IMG/VR virus record: IMGVR_UViG_3300028840_002420
Span: 32,001 to 96,000 of that record
Length of the DNA stretch: 64,000 nt
Source of the DNA: a virus
Strand: one strand, 5' to 3'
The translations under genes were made by a program, and so were the position numbers. The notes below the pieces were generated by a model. The model saw only the letters and a list, made by a program, of their open reading frames with translations, made no database searches and had not been told where the DNA came from. Shown here piece after piece: positions 26,696 through 35,330 of this stretch. Position 1 is the first letter of the stretch; each line of letters opens with the position of its first letter.

Positions 26696-27715
26696 ATGTC
26701 GGACGAAGAACTGCCTGAAATCTCTGATGCTGACTTCGCGGCGATGACGGCTCAGGCTCACGAGCTGGGCATTCATTACACGGGGGTCGATCCGCTCGAG
26801 CTGCAGGCGTTTATCGCGATGGCTCAAGCGGATCGCGGACCAGAGCATCCTGTGCCGTGCTTTGGACTGAGCTACGATCCGAGTCATCGGCCGTGCAGGA
26901 TTTGTCAGATGCGGAATCCGTGCGCCGATGCTGACAAAAAGCCGCGGGTTGAGGTGGCGGATGTGCGGCGGCTCGAGCCAGTTCCGTGTGAAGCCTGCAG
27001 GAGGGGAGAGCTGAACATCGAGCTGCAGGATGTCGAGACGCACGAGATTCGGGACTACGGATGCTCGACCCATGGGTGTCAGAATACGCTGGGCATCCAG
27101 GTCGGGTGGGAAAGTGGCAGCCGTCCGACCGAGATTGTGCTGGGTGAGGCTGACGCCGATGAGGAAGCAGCAAAGGTAGAGACGGAGGCTGAAGCGGAGC
27201 CAGAGAAGCCCGCTCTTGAAGTGATCGATGGGGGAAAGTCCAAGCCCAAAAAGAAGGTCACGGTCAAAAAGCCTTCGGCGAAGAAAGCTCCGGCGAAGAA
27301 AGCTGCGAAGGCCCCAGCGAAGAAGGCCCCAGAGAAGAAGGCTCCAGCGAAGAAGGCTCCAGCGAAGAAGGCCCCAGCGAAGAAGGCCCCAGCGAAGAAG
27401 GCCCCAGCGAAGAAGGCCCCAACGAAGGCCGCGAAGAAGGCTCCAGCGAAGGCCGCGAAGAAGGCTCCAGCGAAGAAAATTACAGTCAAGCGAGCTCCGC
27501 CCAAGAAACCGCGAGCTGGGGCGGATCTGAGCTTCGTTTGGGATGGGCGTACTTACGATTCGCTAACGGCGATTGCGGAAGCAATCACCAAGACGCGGAA
27601 TTGGAGCGGGCCGAAGTTTTTCAAAATCCGGTCAGCTGATCTGCAGCCAGGGATCACGCTGAGCCGAGTTTTCGAGGGCGATGAGTACGTCGTCTCAGTG
27701 GAGAAGCGCAAATGA
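26696..27715 (+). CDS. Histone H1-like nucleoid protein: Cys clusters + PAKKA repeats + DUF2924/RAMA-like C-terminus
   Basis: C..CRIC..C, CEAC..C...C; ~13 PAKKA-type units; WDGRTYDSLTAIAEAIT..NWSGPKFF. Confidence 0.8.
   Translation: MSDEELPEISDADFAAMTAQAHELGIHYTGVDPLELQAFIAMAQADRGPEHPVPCFGLSYDPSHRPCRICQMRNPCADADKKPRVEVADVRRLEPVPCEACRRGELNIELQDVETHEIRDYGCSTHGCQNTLGIQVGWESGSRPTEIVLGEADADEEAAKVETEAEAEPEKPALEVIDGGKSKPKKKVTVKKPSAKKAPAKKAAKAPAKKAPEKKAPAKKAPAKKAPAKKAPAKKAPAKKAPTKAAKKAPAKAAKKAPAKKITVKRAPPKKPRAGADLSFVWDGRTYDSLTAIAEAITKTRNWSGPKFFKIRSADLQPGITLSRVFEGDEYVVSVEKRK
27279..27478 (+). repeat. Degenerate 15-bp tandem repeat encoding PAKKA
   Basis: GAAGAAGGCYCCAGC units. Confidence 0.9.
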
Positions 27716-28266
27716 ACGGACATACAATCATCCGCGTCAAGAGCTTCGAGGACCTGATCCACAAGGTGATGGCGTTCAGCTCGTTTCGTATTCAGGATCG
27801 GCTTTACAGCGCGGAGTTATTGGTTCCGCAGCTGGTGATCGACAACAAGGATCTGCTCACCGAGTCGGCGATGTGTGCGGCTTTCGTGTTGTATTGGGGC
27901 CGAGAAGCTGCAGCGGCTCGACGGGCAAAGGCTCGGGTCGAGTCAGCCTATCGGACGTGGCGGGACCGGACGTGGCTGGAGATCAAGCACACGCCGTTGC
28001 CTGATACAGAAGGCAAGCCGAAGTATCCAACGGATGCTCACGTGGAGCGGCTGCTACACCAGCACCCAGAATACGGGGAATGGCGCGGCCGTCAGGACGA
28101 CGCTCAGGAAGCGGCCGAGAACGCCGAAGCGGTGCACCTGGCATTTCAGACCAAAGCTGAGCTGATCAAAAATCAACAGCGTCTGCTGCATGATGAGGCA
28201 GGCGGTCCTTACCAGATCGCGGAGGAGCCGCGACAGACTCAGGCTAGAGAGCCCAAAGTCAGCTAG
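27712..28266 (+). CDS. UvsY-like recombination mediator
   Basis: Helical IDNKDL..E......YWG...TDAHVE......PEY...AFQTKAELI pattern; adjacent to the SSB and RecA genes. Confidence 0.6.
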   Translation: MNGHTIIRVKSFEDLIHKVMAFSSFRIQDRLYSAELLVPQLVIDNKDLLTESAMCAAFVLYWGREAAAARRAKARVESAYRTWRDRTWLEIKHTPLPDTEGKPKYPTDAHVERLLHQHPEYGEWRGRQDDAQEAAENAEAVHLAFQTKAELIKNQQRLLHDEAGGPYQIAEEPRQTQAREPKVS

Positions 28267-28276
28267 GAGGAAATCG

Positions 28277-29791
28277 ATGTCTGGCGATCAACGTTACCCA
28301 CAGTACCCATTGCCTGGGCAGGGCGCTGTTCACGGGGCGGTAGCGCCTCATGGGCATCCCGAGCAGGCTCCACAGGGCCAGCCTCCACAGGGCCAGCCTC
28401 CACAGGGCCAGCCTCCACAGGGCCAGCCTCCACAGGGCCAGCCTCCACAGCAGGCTCCGCAGCAGGGTTATCCGCAGCAGTTTTCTCCAGAGGCCGCAGT
28501 TGCCGAGGGAGTGCTGGCTGGTGCCGGTTATCCGCAGCAGTCGCCGCAGCAGTCGCCGCAGCAGTCGCCGCAGCAAGCGCCGGGACAGCCGTGGAATCAA
28601 TCGGCTGACTTGCCTCCAGAGATGGCGGCAGCGATGGCCGATGCTGTGGATCAGTCCCGTGTCGGCGGGTCCGATGCGGATTTCTGGCGACCGAACAAGC
28701 CGAAGAACGTCGGAGAGACGGCGGAGTCGGTTGTCCGGGTGTTCCCGAGCTGGACGGGGGATCCGCGTATGCCGTTCTGGCATATGTCGTGGCGGCATTT
28801 TTGCATGGTCCAGCTAGAGGACGGCAGCAAGCGGCGCCAGCCGCGGAATTGCCCAGCCAAGAACGTACCGCCAGGCAGTCCACCGGGTCGTTGTGCTATC
28901 TGCGACCGACGCGAGCGGGCGTTGGCGGCCGGCGACGAAAAGACGGCGAAGACGCTCGAGCCGAAACCGCGGTTCTACATGAACGTGATCGACGCCAATG
29001 ACCAGGACGCTCATTGGAAGGTCGATCCGCAGACCGGGCAGAATGTGCCTGTCGCTAAGGTGTGGGATTGCACGCCGGGGCTGTTCAAGAAGCTGACGAA
29101 CGTCATTTCTGCTAAGGGCGCGATTTACGATATGCAGGTCGGGCGCTATCTCAAGGTATTCGCAGCGAAGCACGGCAGCGAGGACCGAGATGTGCGGTTC
29201 GATTGCACCGACGCGACGGATCCATGTCCGGTTCCGGCTGGATTCGAGCAGACAGTGTTGGTCGCGTTGGACAAGCTCGATTCGGCTCGCTCGTATGAAG
29301 AGCTGGCGAACGATATCGCGGCGACCTATCCCGATCCCCAGGGAATGCCCGTTGGAGGCGCGCAGCAGCCGCCGCAGCAGCCGCCGCAAGCTCAGCCCCC
29401 TTATGGGCCACCAGCGGGTTACGGACAGCCACAGGCGCAGCAGGGCTATCCGCAGCAGGGCTATCCGCAGCAGGGCTATCCGCAGCAGGGCTATCCGCAG
29501 CAGGGCTATCCGCAGCAGGGCTATCCGCAGCAGGGCTATCCGCAGCAGGGCGCTCCGCAAGGTCCTCCGCAAGGTCCTCCACAGGGCTACCCGCAGCAGG
29601 CCGCTCCGCAGCAGGGCTATCCGCAGCAGGGCGCTCCGCAAGGTCCTCCACAGGGCTACCCGCAGCAGGGCGCTCCGCAAGGCGCTCCACAGGGCTACCC
29701 GCAGCAGGGCGCTCCGCAAGGCGCTCCGCAAGGTCCTCCGCAGCAGGGCGCTCCGCAAGGTGCACCGGGAGGTGATGATGTCCCTTTCTAG
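28277..29791 (+). CDS. gp32-like single-stranded DNA-binding protein with P/Q/G/Y low-complexity arms
   Basis: Core VRVFPSW..PFW...HF...NCP...CAIC...RFYMNVID...G.YLKV; C-terminal acidic tip DDVPF; SD AGGAGG. Confidence 0.85.
   Translation: MSGDQRYPQYPLPGQGAVHGAVAPHGHPEQAPQGQPPQGQPPQGQPPQGQPPQGQPPQQAPQQGYPQQFSPEAAVAEGVLAGAGYPQQSPQQSPQQSPQQAPGQPWNQSADLPPEMAAAMADAVDQSRVGGSDADFWRPNKPKNVGETAESVVRVFPSWTGDPRMPFWHMSWRHFCMVQLEDGSKRRQPRNCPAKNVPPGSPPGRCAICDRRERALAAGDEKTAKTLEPKPRFYMNVIDANDQDAHWKVDPQTGQNVPVAKVWDCTPGLFKKLTNVISAKGAIYDMQVGRYLKVFAAKHGSEDRDVRFDCTDATDPCPVPAGFEQTVLVALDKLDSARSYEELANDIAATYPDPQGMPVGGAQQPPQQPPQAQPPYGPPAGYGQPQAQQGYPQQGYPQQGYPQQGYPQQGYPQQGYPQQGYPQQGAPQGPPQGPPQGYPQQAAPQQGYPQQGAPQGPPQGYPQQGAPQGAPQGYPQQGAPQGAPQGPPQQGAPQGAPGGDDVPF
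28370..28450 (+). repeat. 15-bp tandem repeat x5.4 (PQGQP)
   Basis: Perfect CCACAGGGCCAGCCT units. Confidence 0.95.
29441..29760 (+). repeat. 15-bp tandem repeat x7 (QGYPQ) followed by degenerate 12/15-bp units
   Basis: CAGGGCTATCCGCAG is perfect over 29441-29545. Confidence 0.95.
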
Positions 29792-29799
29792 GGGATGGG

Positions 29800-29998
29800 A
29801 GCAGCACGCAGGCGCCGAAGCCCCCGGTTGATGGCCGGGGGATTCCGCGCTGCTGGGGCCGTTGGTGGGCCGACGATCGGACGTGTCGAGCTTGCTGGGT
29901 GGCTGAAGCATGCGAGCAGCAATCGCCGGGTGACAAGCCGCTCGAACCAGTCACTGGTGATCCCGCAGATCCTGAAGAATTGGAGCGGCAATTGCGGG
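29800..29998 (+). ncRNA. Candidate structured RNA between ssb and recA
   Basis: Five consecutive stems, several with G-U pairs. Confidence 0.4.
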
Positions 29999-30002
29999 GT
30001 TG

Positions 30003-31169
30003 ATGATGCCGAAACCTTCCAAAACGACCACCAAGAAAGCTACTAAGAAGGCTACCAAGAAGGTCTCGCCGAAGCGTAAATCGTCGGGCTCAAAAGCCAA
30101 GCAGGCGACACAGCTGCAGGTGCTCACTGAGGTTCACGATTACTTTTCGAATCACAAGCAATTCGCTGGCCAGCTGATCAAGATGGATTCGCTGGACAAT
30201 ACTGTGCCCGGCTACGTTTCGAGTCAGAGTCTGGCGCTGGATTGGATAGCGGGCAACGGTGGCTTTCCGATGTCGCGGGTGATCGATGTCAGCGGTGACG
30301 AAGGCACGGGCAAGAGTACGCTGGGTGATCACATCATGGCGGAAGTCCAGCGGCTTGGGGGTCACGCTTATTTGTGGGATCCGGAGAACGCTCGAGACAA
30401 CCGCTACCAGAAGCAGCTCGGAATCGCTCGGTCGCGAGCGGCTCAGATCGTCAGCCACACGATGGAGGATGGTTTCGAGCTGATGATCGAGATACTGCAG
30501 CAGCACCTGATGAAAGATCCTTTACGGCCTGGGATCATTCTTTGGGATACACCGGCCGGGACGCCAACACGTAACGAGGCCGATCCAGAAAAGACTGACG
30601 AGCGGATGGGGCCGGCGAAAATTATCCGGGGATACCTGCGTAAGCTGAATCAGATTCTGATGCAGACGCGTTGGGTCCTCTGCGTGATCAATCAGACCTA
30701 TCGCGGGCACATGCAGTCCGGACAGACCTACAAAGCTGTGTACGGGGGCGGTGGGATCCCGTTCTATTCGAGTTGTCGGCTGGAGATCAGTCACGTCAGT
30801 CGGTTTTGGCGCAGCTCTACGGACAAGTCGCGGGGAATGCCCCCGTTGGGGCAGACTGCGTGGGTGCGGAATATCAAAAATCGCTGCGGGATGCCGTGGC
30901 GGTCGCGTCAGATCTGCATCGAGTTCGGTCAGGGGATCGATAACTACTGGACGATGTTCGATACGCTCAAGGGCTACGGGGCGCTTGAAGTTAGCTCGAA
31001 CGGCTGGGCTGCTTTCGATCCGGACTGTTATCCGGAGCTGGCCAAGGCCGTACCAAAGAAGTGGCAGACCGGGTACCAGGGGCTCAAGCATTTCGTGGCT
31101 GAAGATCCGAATCTGTGGCCGCTGCTGATCGAGGTATATAAGTCGATTGAGGAGAGCTGGAATGTCTGA
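30003..31169 (+). CDS. recA: RecA/UvsX-family recombinase
   Basis: SQSLALDWIAGNGGFPMSRVIDVSGDEGTGKST, DPEN, VINQ, GGGGIPFYSSCRL, IKNR. Confidence 0.92.
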   Translation: MMPKPSKTTTKKATKKATKKVSPKRKSSGSKAKQATQLQVLTEVHDYFSNHKQFAGQLIKMDSLDNTVPGYVSSQSLALDWIAGNGGFPMSRVIDVSGDEGTGKSTLGDHIMAEVQRLGGHAYLWDPENARDNRYQKQLGIARSRAAQIVSHTMEDGFELMIEILQQHLMKDPLRPGIILWDTPAGTPTRNEADPEKTDERMGPAKIIRGYLRKLNQILMQTRWVLCVINQTYRGHMQSGQTYKAVYGGGGIPFYSSCRLEISHVSRFWRSSTDKSRGMPPLGQTAWVRNIKNRCGMPWRSRQICIEFGQGIDNYWTMFDTLKGYGALEVSSNGWAAFDPDCYPELAKAVPKKWQTGYQGLKHFVAEDPNLWPLLIEVYKSIEESWNV

Positions 31170-31485
31170 CAGGGATGTTGTTGGCGAGCCGCGGATTATC
31201 GGTCTTGACAGTCCGGAGTCGATTGTCCGGGTTTGTGAGACGAAGATCGACGAGCTGCAGAAGCACTTGGACGCGTTCCCAGGACCGTACGAGCCGCTGA
31301 ACGGGACCGAGTACATTGTCTGGGAACGTCGGGCGATGATGAAGATGGGGATCGCTCAGGGCTGGGTAGCGGCATTGGCTGCGATCAAGGTGCTGCCGTT
31401 CGAGATCGGAGAGCGGCTCAAGCATCGAGCTGTCGGTGTGATCAATCGGGCCGCGGCCAAAGTGCAGATGGGAGAGCGCCGCTGA
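31162..31485 (+). CDS. Hypothetical protein
   Basis: SD GAGGAG; coupled. Confidence 0.65.
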   Translation: MSDRDVVGEPRIIGLDSPESIVRVCETKIDELQKHLDAFPGPYEPLNGTEYIVWERRAMMKMGIAQGWVAALAAIKVLPFEIGERLKHRAVGVINRAAAKVQMGERR

Positions 31486-31940
31486 TGGTCTGCGTGCAGT
31501 GCGGGGCGCCGATGCCACAAGGTTATTGTCCCCACGGGCACAACCGTGGTGGGTTCGCAGCTCCGCTATCCGTCGAAGGGCAGAAGATCCGCGGGACGCT
31601 GCCGCCACCTGGACAGTGGCTCGGGTGGTCGATCAATCTGACGCTGCCAGAGCCAGAGCACGTGTTCGAGGTGACGTTTCCTGTACCTCCGATGTTCGAC
31701 ATCTCGACGGGGCCGGTGATGGAGGTGGTGTTCTGGTCGGATCTGGTCGCGAGATGGATTCACGGGGTGAGCTATCACTTCGATCAGGGGTTACCAGACG
31801 GCCATGTGCAGGTCGCTGTCGGTGATTTGGAGTGGGTTGGCCAGTGCGCTGATATCGGTGGGCGCGATGGCTTGATTCACGTGGTTCAGCAGCTGGAGGC
31901 TTATCAGCGTGGGATCCCCAGTCCTATCCCAGAGCATTAG
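31485..31940 (+). CDS. Hypothetical protein
   Basis: TGATG coupling. Confidence 0.6.
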   Translation: MVCVQCGAPMPQGYCPHGHNRGGFAAPLSVEGQKIRGTLPPPGQWLGWSINLTLPEPEHVFEVTFPVPPMFDISTGPVMEVVFWSDLVARWIHGVSYHFDQGLPDGHVQVAVGDLEWVGQCADIGGRDGLIHVVQQLEAYQRGIPSPIPEH

Positions 31941-33906
31941 CGCGGCCAACGTTCCGTTGGAGAAGTCCGGGATTGACTGGACTGTCTGCCGAACCGTTGA
32001 GCAGCTTGAGCCGTTGGCGCGAGAGGTGGCCGATCAGAGCGTGTTCGGCTGGGACGTGGAGACGAGCGGTCGGTCGCCATGGGCGGGTAGACGGATTATC
32101 GGTCATTCGTTTGCGTGGCGCCGGCCGAACGGGCAGCTTGCGGCGTTTTATGCGCCGTGTCGTCATCGTTCGTGCGGGATGAGCTTGTTCGACGACTTGA
32201 CGCAGATCGAGCCGGAGACGCTGAGCGAAATGCTGCGGCCAGCGCTGGAGGGGCCGGCAGTCAAGCGCGGGCATAACATCTCGTTCGATATCCAATTTGC
32301 GGAGACGGACGGGATCAATGTCGCTCCGCCCGTGTTCGATACGATGCTGGCCTATCGGGTCTACAACGAGAACCTACGGAGCTATCGGCTCGGGCAGTGC
32401 TTGCTGTACACCGAGGTTCCACATCAGCACGGTTGGAAAAACAGCGTCGAAGACGAGCTGAAGCGTGTCGCTCGGTTTCTGAAGATGAAGATCAGTGTGC
32501 TCAAGGACCAGCATGGCCACGAGTACGTGCCGATCGATATCGAGGGGCGTTACGGCTGCCAAGACGCGGCCTACGAGTTCATGCTGGGGGATTTTCTCGA
32601 AGCTCGAAACTTCTGGCCAGAGACCACGCAGCTCGAGATGGATCTGTTGTGGTGCTGTCTGGATATCGAGAAGATCGGGGTTCCGCTGGACACAGGGGCG
32701 CTGGAAGAGCTGCGCGAGTTCTGTCGCCAGGAGATGCAAGATCTGTCGCCGCAGATCTGGACGCTCGCCGGCGAGGAATTCAAGATTACGAACGACAACG
32801 ATTTGCGTCGGATTTTGTTCAGCAAGCTGAATTATCCGGTCATCAAAGAGACCAAAGGCGGCGCTCGTGGGAACAAACAGCCGAGTGTCGACGATGATTC
32901 GTTGTGGGCGCTCGAGACACGGCACGGGTGTCAGTTGGCGGCGCTTGTGCGGCGCTACAACAGCCACGATAAGATCTATTCGACCTATTCGACGAGCATC
33001 GTTGATCTGACAGACGCTCACGATATCTTGCACGGTGAGGTGAGGCAGTTCGGAGCGCGGACGGGTCGTGTTGCGATGGCGCGGCCGAACCTGCAGAACA
33101 TTCCGACCAGGACGCCGCTAGGTCGGAAAGTCAAAGCGGCGTTTCGTGCGCGTCAGGGAATGATCCGGTATTGCCTCGATTACAGTCAGCTCGAGCTGCG
33201 GGTGTTAGCGCATCTGTCGCAAGATCCGACGCTGCTGCGGATTTATCGTGAGGGCCTCGACGCTCATAAGACGACGGCGATCGAGGCGTTTGGGACGGCC
33301 GAAAAGATCAATGGCGTGGACATGCGTCGGGTCGCGAAGATCCTCAACTTCGGGGTGTCGTTCGGGATGACCGAAGTGGGGCTGATGGGCAACATCAATA
33401 AGGATCTGCCCGAAGGCATGCCGCCGATTACTGAGGAGCAGGCCAAGGAGTTTCTGACGAGCTTCTATCGGCAGTATTCCGGAGTTGTGCGGTACCGCGA
33501 TCGGTTGTTTTACGATATCCGAAACCAGGGCTGCCAGTTTGCGAACATGTTCGGGCGTCCGCGGAGGCTGCCGGCACTCAATCATAAGAGCAACACGGTG
33601 AGGCGTCGGGCGGAGCGGCAAGCGATCTCGACGATGGTCCAGGGCAGCGCGGCCGGTTTGGTCAAGCGCTGCATGCTGGCGACGTGGCAGTACCTGCAGG
33701 CACAGACGCATTGCGAGGCCTACATGGTGCTCATGGTGCATGACGATTTGCAGTTCGATATGGCGCCGGATGGCAGTGCTCGGACGGTAAGAGAGGTGCA
33801 CCGGATCATGGAGAGCACCTGTCAGAATAAATTCAGCGTGCCGATCAAATCGGACGTGGAGTGGTTCACGACCAATTGGAACGAAAAGAAAGGGATGACG
33901 CTATGA
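31909..33906 (+). CDS. polA: Family A DNA polymerase with 3'-5' exonuclease
   Basis: DVETSG, HNISFD, YGCQDA; TGR..MARPNLQNIP; DYSQLELRVLAHLS; RRVAKILNFG; VHDD. Confidence 0.95.
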   Translation: MGSPVLSQSISAANVPLEKSGIDWTVCRTVEQLEPLAREVADQSVFGWDVETSGRSPWAGRRIIGHSFAWRRPNGQLAAFYAPCRHRSCGMSLFDDLTQIEPETLSEMLRPALEGPAVKRGHNISFDIQFAETDGINVAPPVFDTMLAYRVYNENLRSYRLGQCLLYTEVPHQHGWKNSVEDELKRVARFLKMKISVLKDQHGHEYVPIDIEGRYGCQDAAYEFMLGDFLEARNFWPETTQLEMDLLWCCLDIEKIGVPLDTGALEELREFCRQEMQDLSPQIWTLAGEEFKITNDNDLRRILFSKLNYPVIKETKGGARGNKQPSVDDDSLWALETRHGCQLAALVRRYNSHDKIYSTYSTSIVDLTDAHDILHGEVRQFGARTGRVAMARPNLQNIPTRTPLGRKVKAAFRARQGMIRYCLDYSQLELRVLAHLSQDPTLLRIYREGLDAHKTTAIEAFGTAEKINGVDMRRVAKILNFGVSFGMTEVGLMGNINKDLPEGMPPITEEQAKEFLTSFYRQYSGVVRYRDRLFYDIRNQGCQFANMFGRPRRLPALNHKSNTVRRRAERQAISTMVQGSAAGLVKRCMLATWQYLQAQTHCEAYMVLMVHDDLQFDMAPDGSARTVREVHRIMESTCQNKFSVPIKSDVEWFTTNWNEKKGMTL

Positions 33907-34115
33907 CGTACACGCCGTTGAAACAGCAGGATACTGATCAAATCGGTAGTGCGGCGGCTAAGGTGTTGTTGGAGTGGGCCGCGCGGCATGAGTTGACGTG
34001 GATCCAGTTAAATCAATGTATCGAAGTCGCGCAGAAACAGGTGGCGGTGGATAGCTTAGAGGCAGCTCCTGGGGCTGTCGTGTCTGTTCCAAAAACGATC
34101 AGGAGGGGCCGATGA
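33903..34115 (+). CDS. Hypothetical protein
   Basis: ATGA overlaps at both ends. Confidence 0.55.
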   Translation: MTYTPLKQQDTDQIGSAAAKVLLEWAARHELTWIQLNQCIEVAQKQVAVDSLEAAPGAVVSVPKTIRRGR

Positions 34116-35146
34116 TCGTTTTCTCAGATCTGCATCTGCGTGAGAGCAGTGAGGACGTGTGCTTTCGAGTGCTCGAGCAAATCGAGCGAATGGCGCTCGA
34201 AGACGATCAGCGGATCGTGTGCTGCGGTGACTTTTGGCACATTCGTTACCAGCTGAATGTCCGGCTGCTCAATCGAGTGTCCGAGCTGATGCGGCGCTGG
34301 GCTGATCTGGGGCTCGAGCTCGACCTGGTTCCCGGCAACCACGACCAGGTGGACGTGGCCGGACGGAATGCACTTGAAGTCTTCGAGGGGGACAACTGCG
34401 TGGTGTGGACTGAGCCGGGGATCAGCCACGACGGCCGTTTGGGCTTCGTTCCGTACCGCAAGGATCTGGAAGAGCAGGGTGGTTGTTTGAAGGCGGTTGT
34501 TGCTGAAGCTCCGTGGATCATCTTCGCGCATTTGGGGATCTGCGGAGCGGCTATGAACAATGGGCAGAAGGATCGGGACGGTCTTGATGCAGCGACGCAG
34601 CTCGTGTGTCCCCAGGCCCATTTGATTCTTGGGCACTATCATAAGCGGCAGACGGGAATGGGATGGGAGTACGTAGGATCTCCGTACCAGACAAGCTTCG
34701 GGGAGGAGGGGAACGTTTGCGGTGTTCTCCATTTGGTCCCGGAAACGATTGAGCGGCTGTGGATTCCGTTGGACGTGGGTGCACCGACACACCTGACGTT
34801 GAAGTGGGATCCGGCGAAGCAAGAACAGCCTCCAGTTCCGCGGATGACGTTAGCTCCAGACCGAAATGTGAAGGTGCGCCTCGATATCGAAGCGAGTCAC
34901 GAGATGATCGTTGGCGGGAAGTTCAAGCAGGTTCTCAAGACCGCGGGGCTCGATGGTGTGGAAGTTCGGATTGTCCCGACCAAGGTTGATCGTGAGCACA
35001 GGTTTGAGATTGGTGGGGGCGAGACGCTGTTGCAGGCTGCGGATCGGTTTGCGGCCGAGCGGTTGTCTGGTGGGGAGTGTGGCGCGAAGAGCGCGAATCA
35101 GCATCAGGCGGCAATGGTTGCGTTGCGGAGGTGGGCCGATGGATGA
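34112..35146 (+). CDS. SbcD/Mre11/gp47-like nuclease
   Basis: SDLH, GDFWH, GNHD, GHYH, YVGSPYQ. Confidence 0.92.
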   Translation: MIVFSDLHLRESSEDVCFRVLEQIERMALEDDQRIVCCGDFWHIRYQLNVRLLNRVSELMRRWADLGLELDLVPGNHDQVDVAGRNALEVFEGDNCVVWTEPGISHDGRLGFVPYRKDLEEQGGCLKAVVAEAPWIIFAHLGICGAAMNNGQKDRDGLDAATQLVCPQAHLILGHYHKRQTGMGWEYVGSPYQTSFGEEGNVCGVLHLVPETIERLWIPLDVGAPTHLTLKWDPAKQEQPPVPRMTLAPDRNVKVRLDIEASHEMIVGGKFKQVLKTAGLDGVEVRIVPTKVDREHRFEIGGGETLLQAADRFAAERLSGGECGAKSANQHQAAMVALRRWADG

Positions 35147-35330
35147 GGCGAGAAGTCTAGTTAGGCGTTTAGAAGAATTGAGGGCGCGTCTTGCTGAGCA
35201 TCAGGCGCGAGAGGCAGATCTGCGCGAAGAGGTTGATGAGCTTCTTGCGGAAATAGAAGAATTCCAGAGGACGCCGACAAGGACTCCGGTCATTGGAACG
35301 TTGCCGTTGTTAGTGAGGGGCGCTCGATGA
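35139..35330 (+). CDS. Small coiled-coil protein
   Basis: SD GGAGG; bridges sbcD and sbcC. Confidence 0.5.
   Translation: MDEARSLVRRLEELRARLAEHQAREADLREEVDELLAEIEEFQRTPTRTPVIGTLPLLVRGAR

Noticed and set aside
28370-29760. CRISPR array
   Set aside because: The repeats are 12-15-bp in-frame tandem units without unique spacers, and there are no cas genes.
28814-29954. Long antisense ORFs (RIALL and PAADS repeats), and other long minus-strand ORFs such as 9317-10720 and 39553-40671
   Set aside because: These are shadows of GC-rich or repetitive plus-strand genes that have clear motifs and SD sites.
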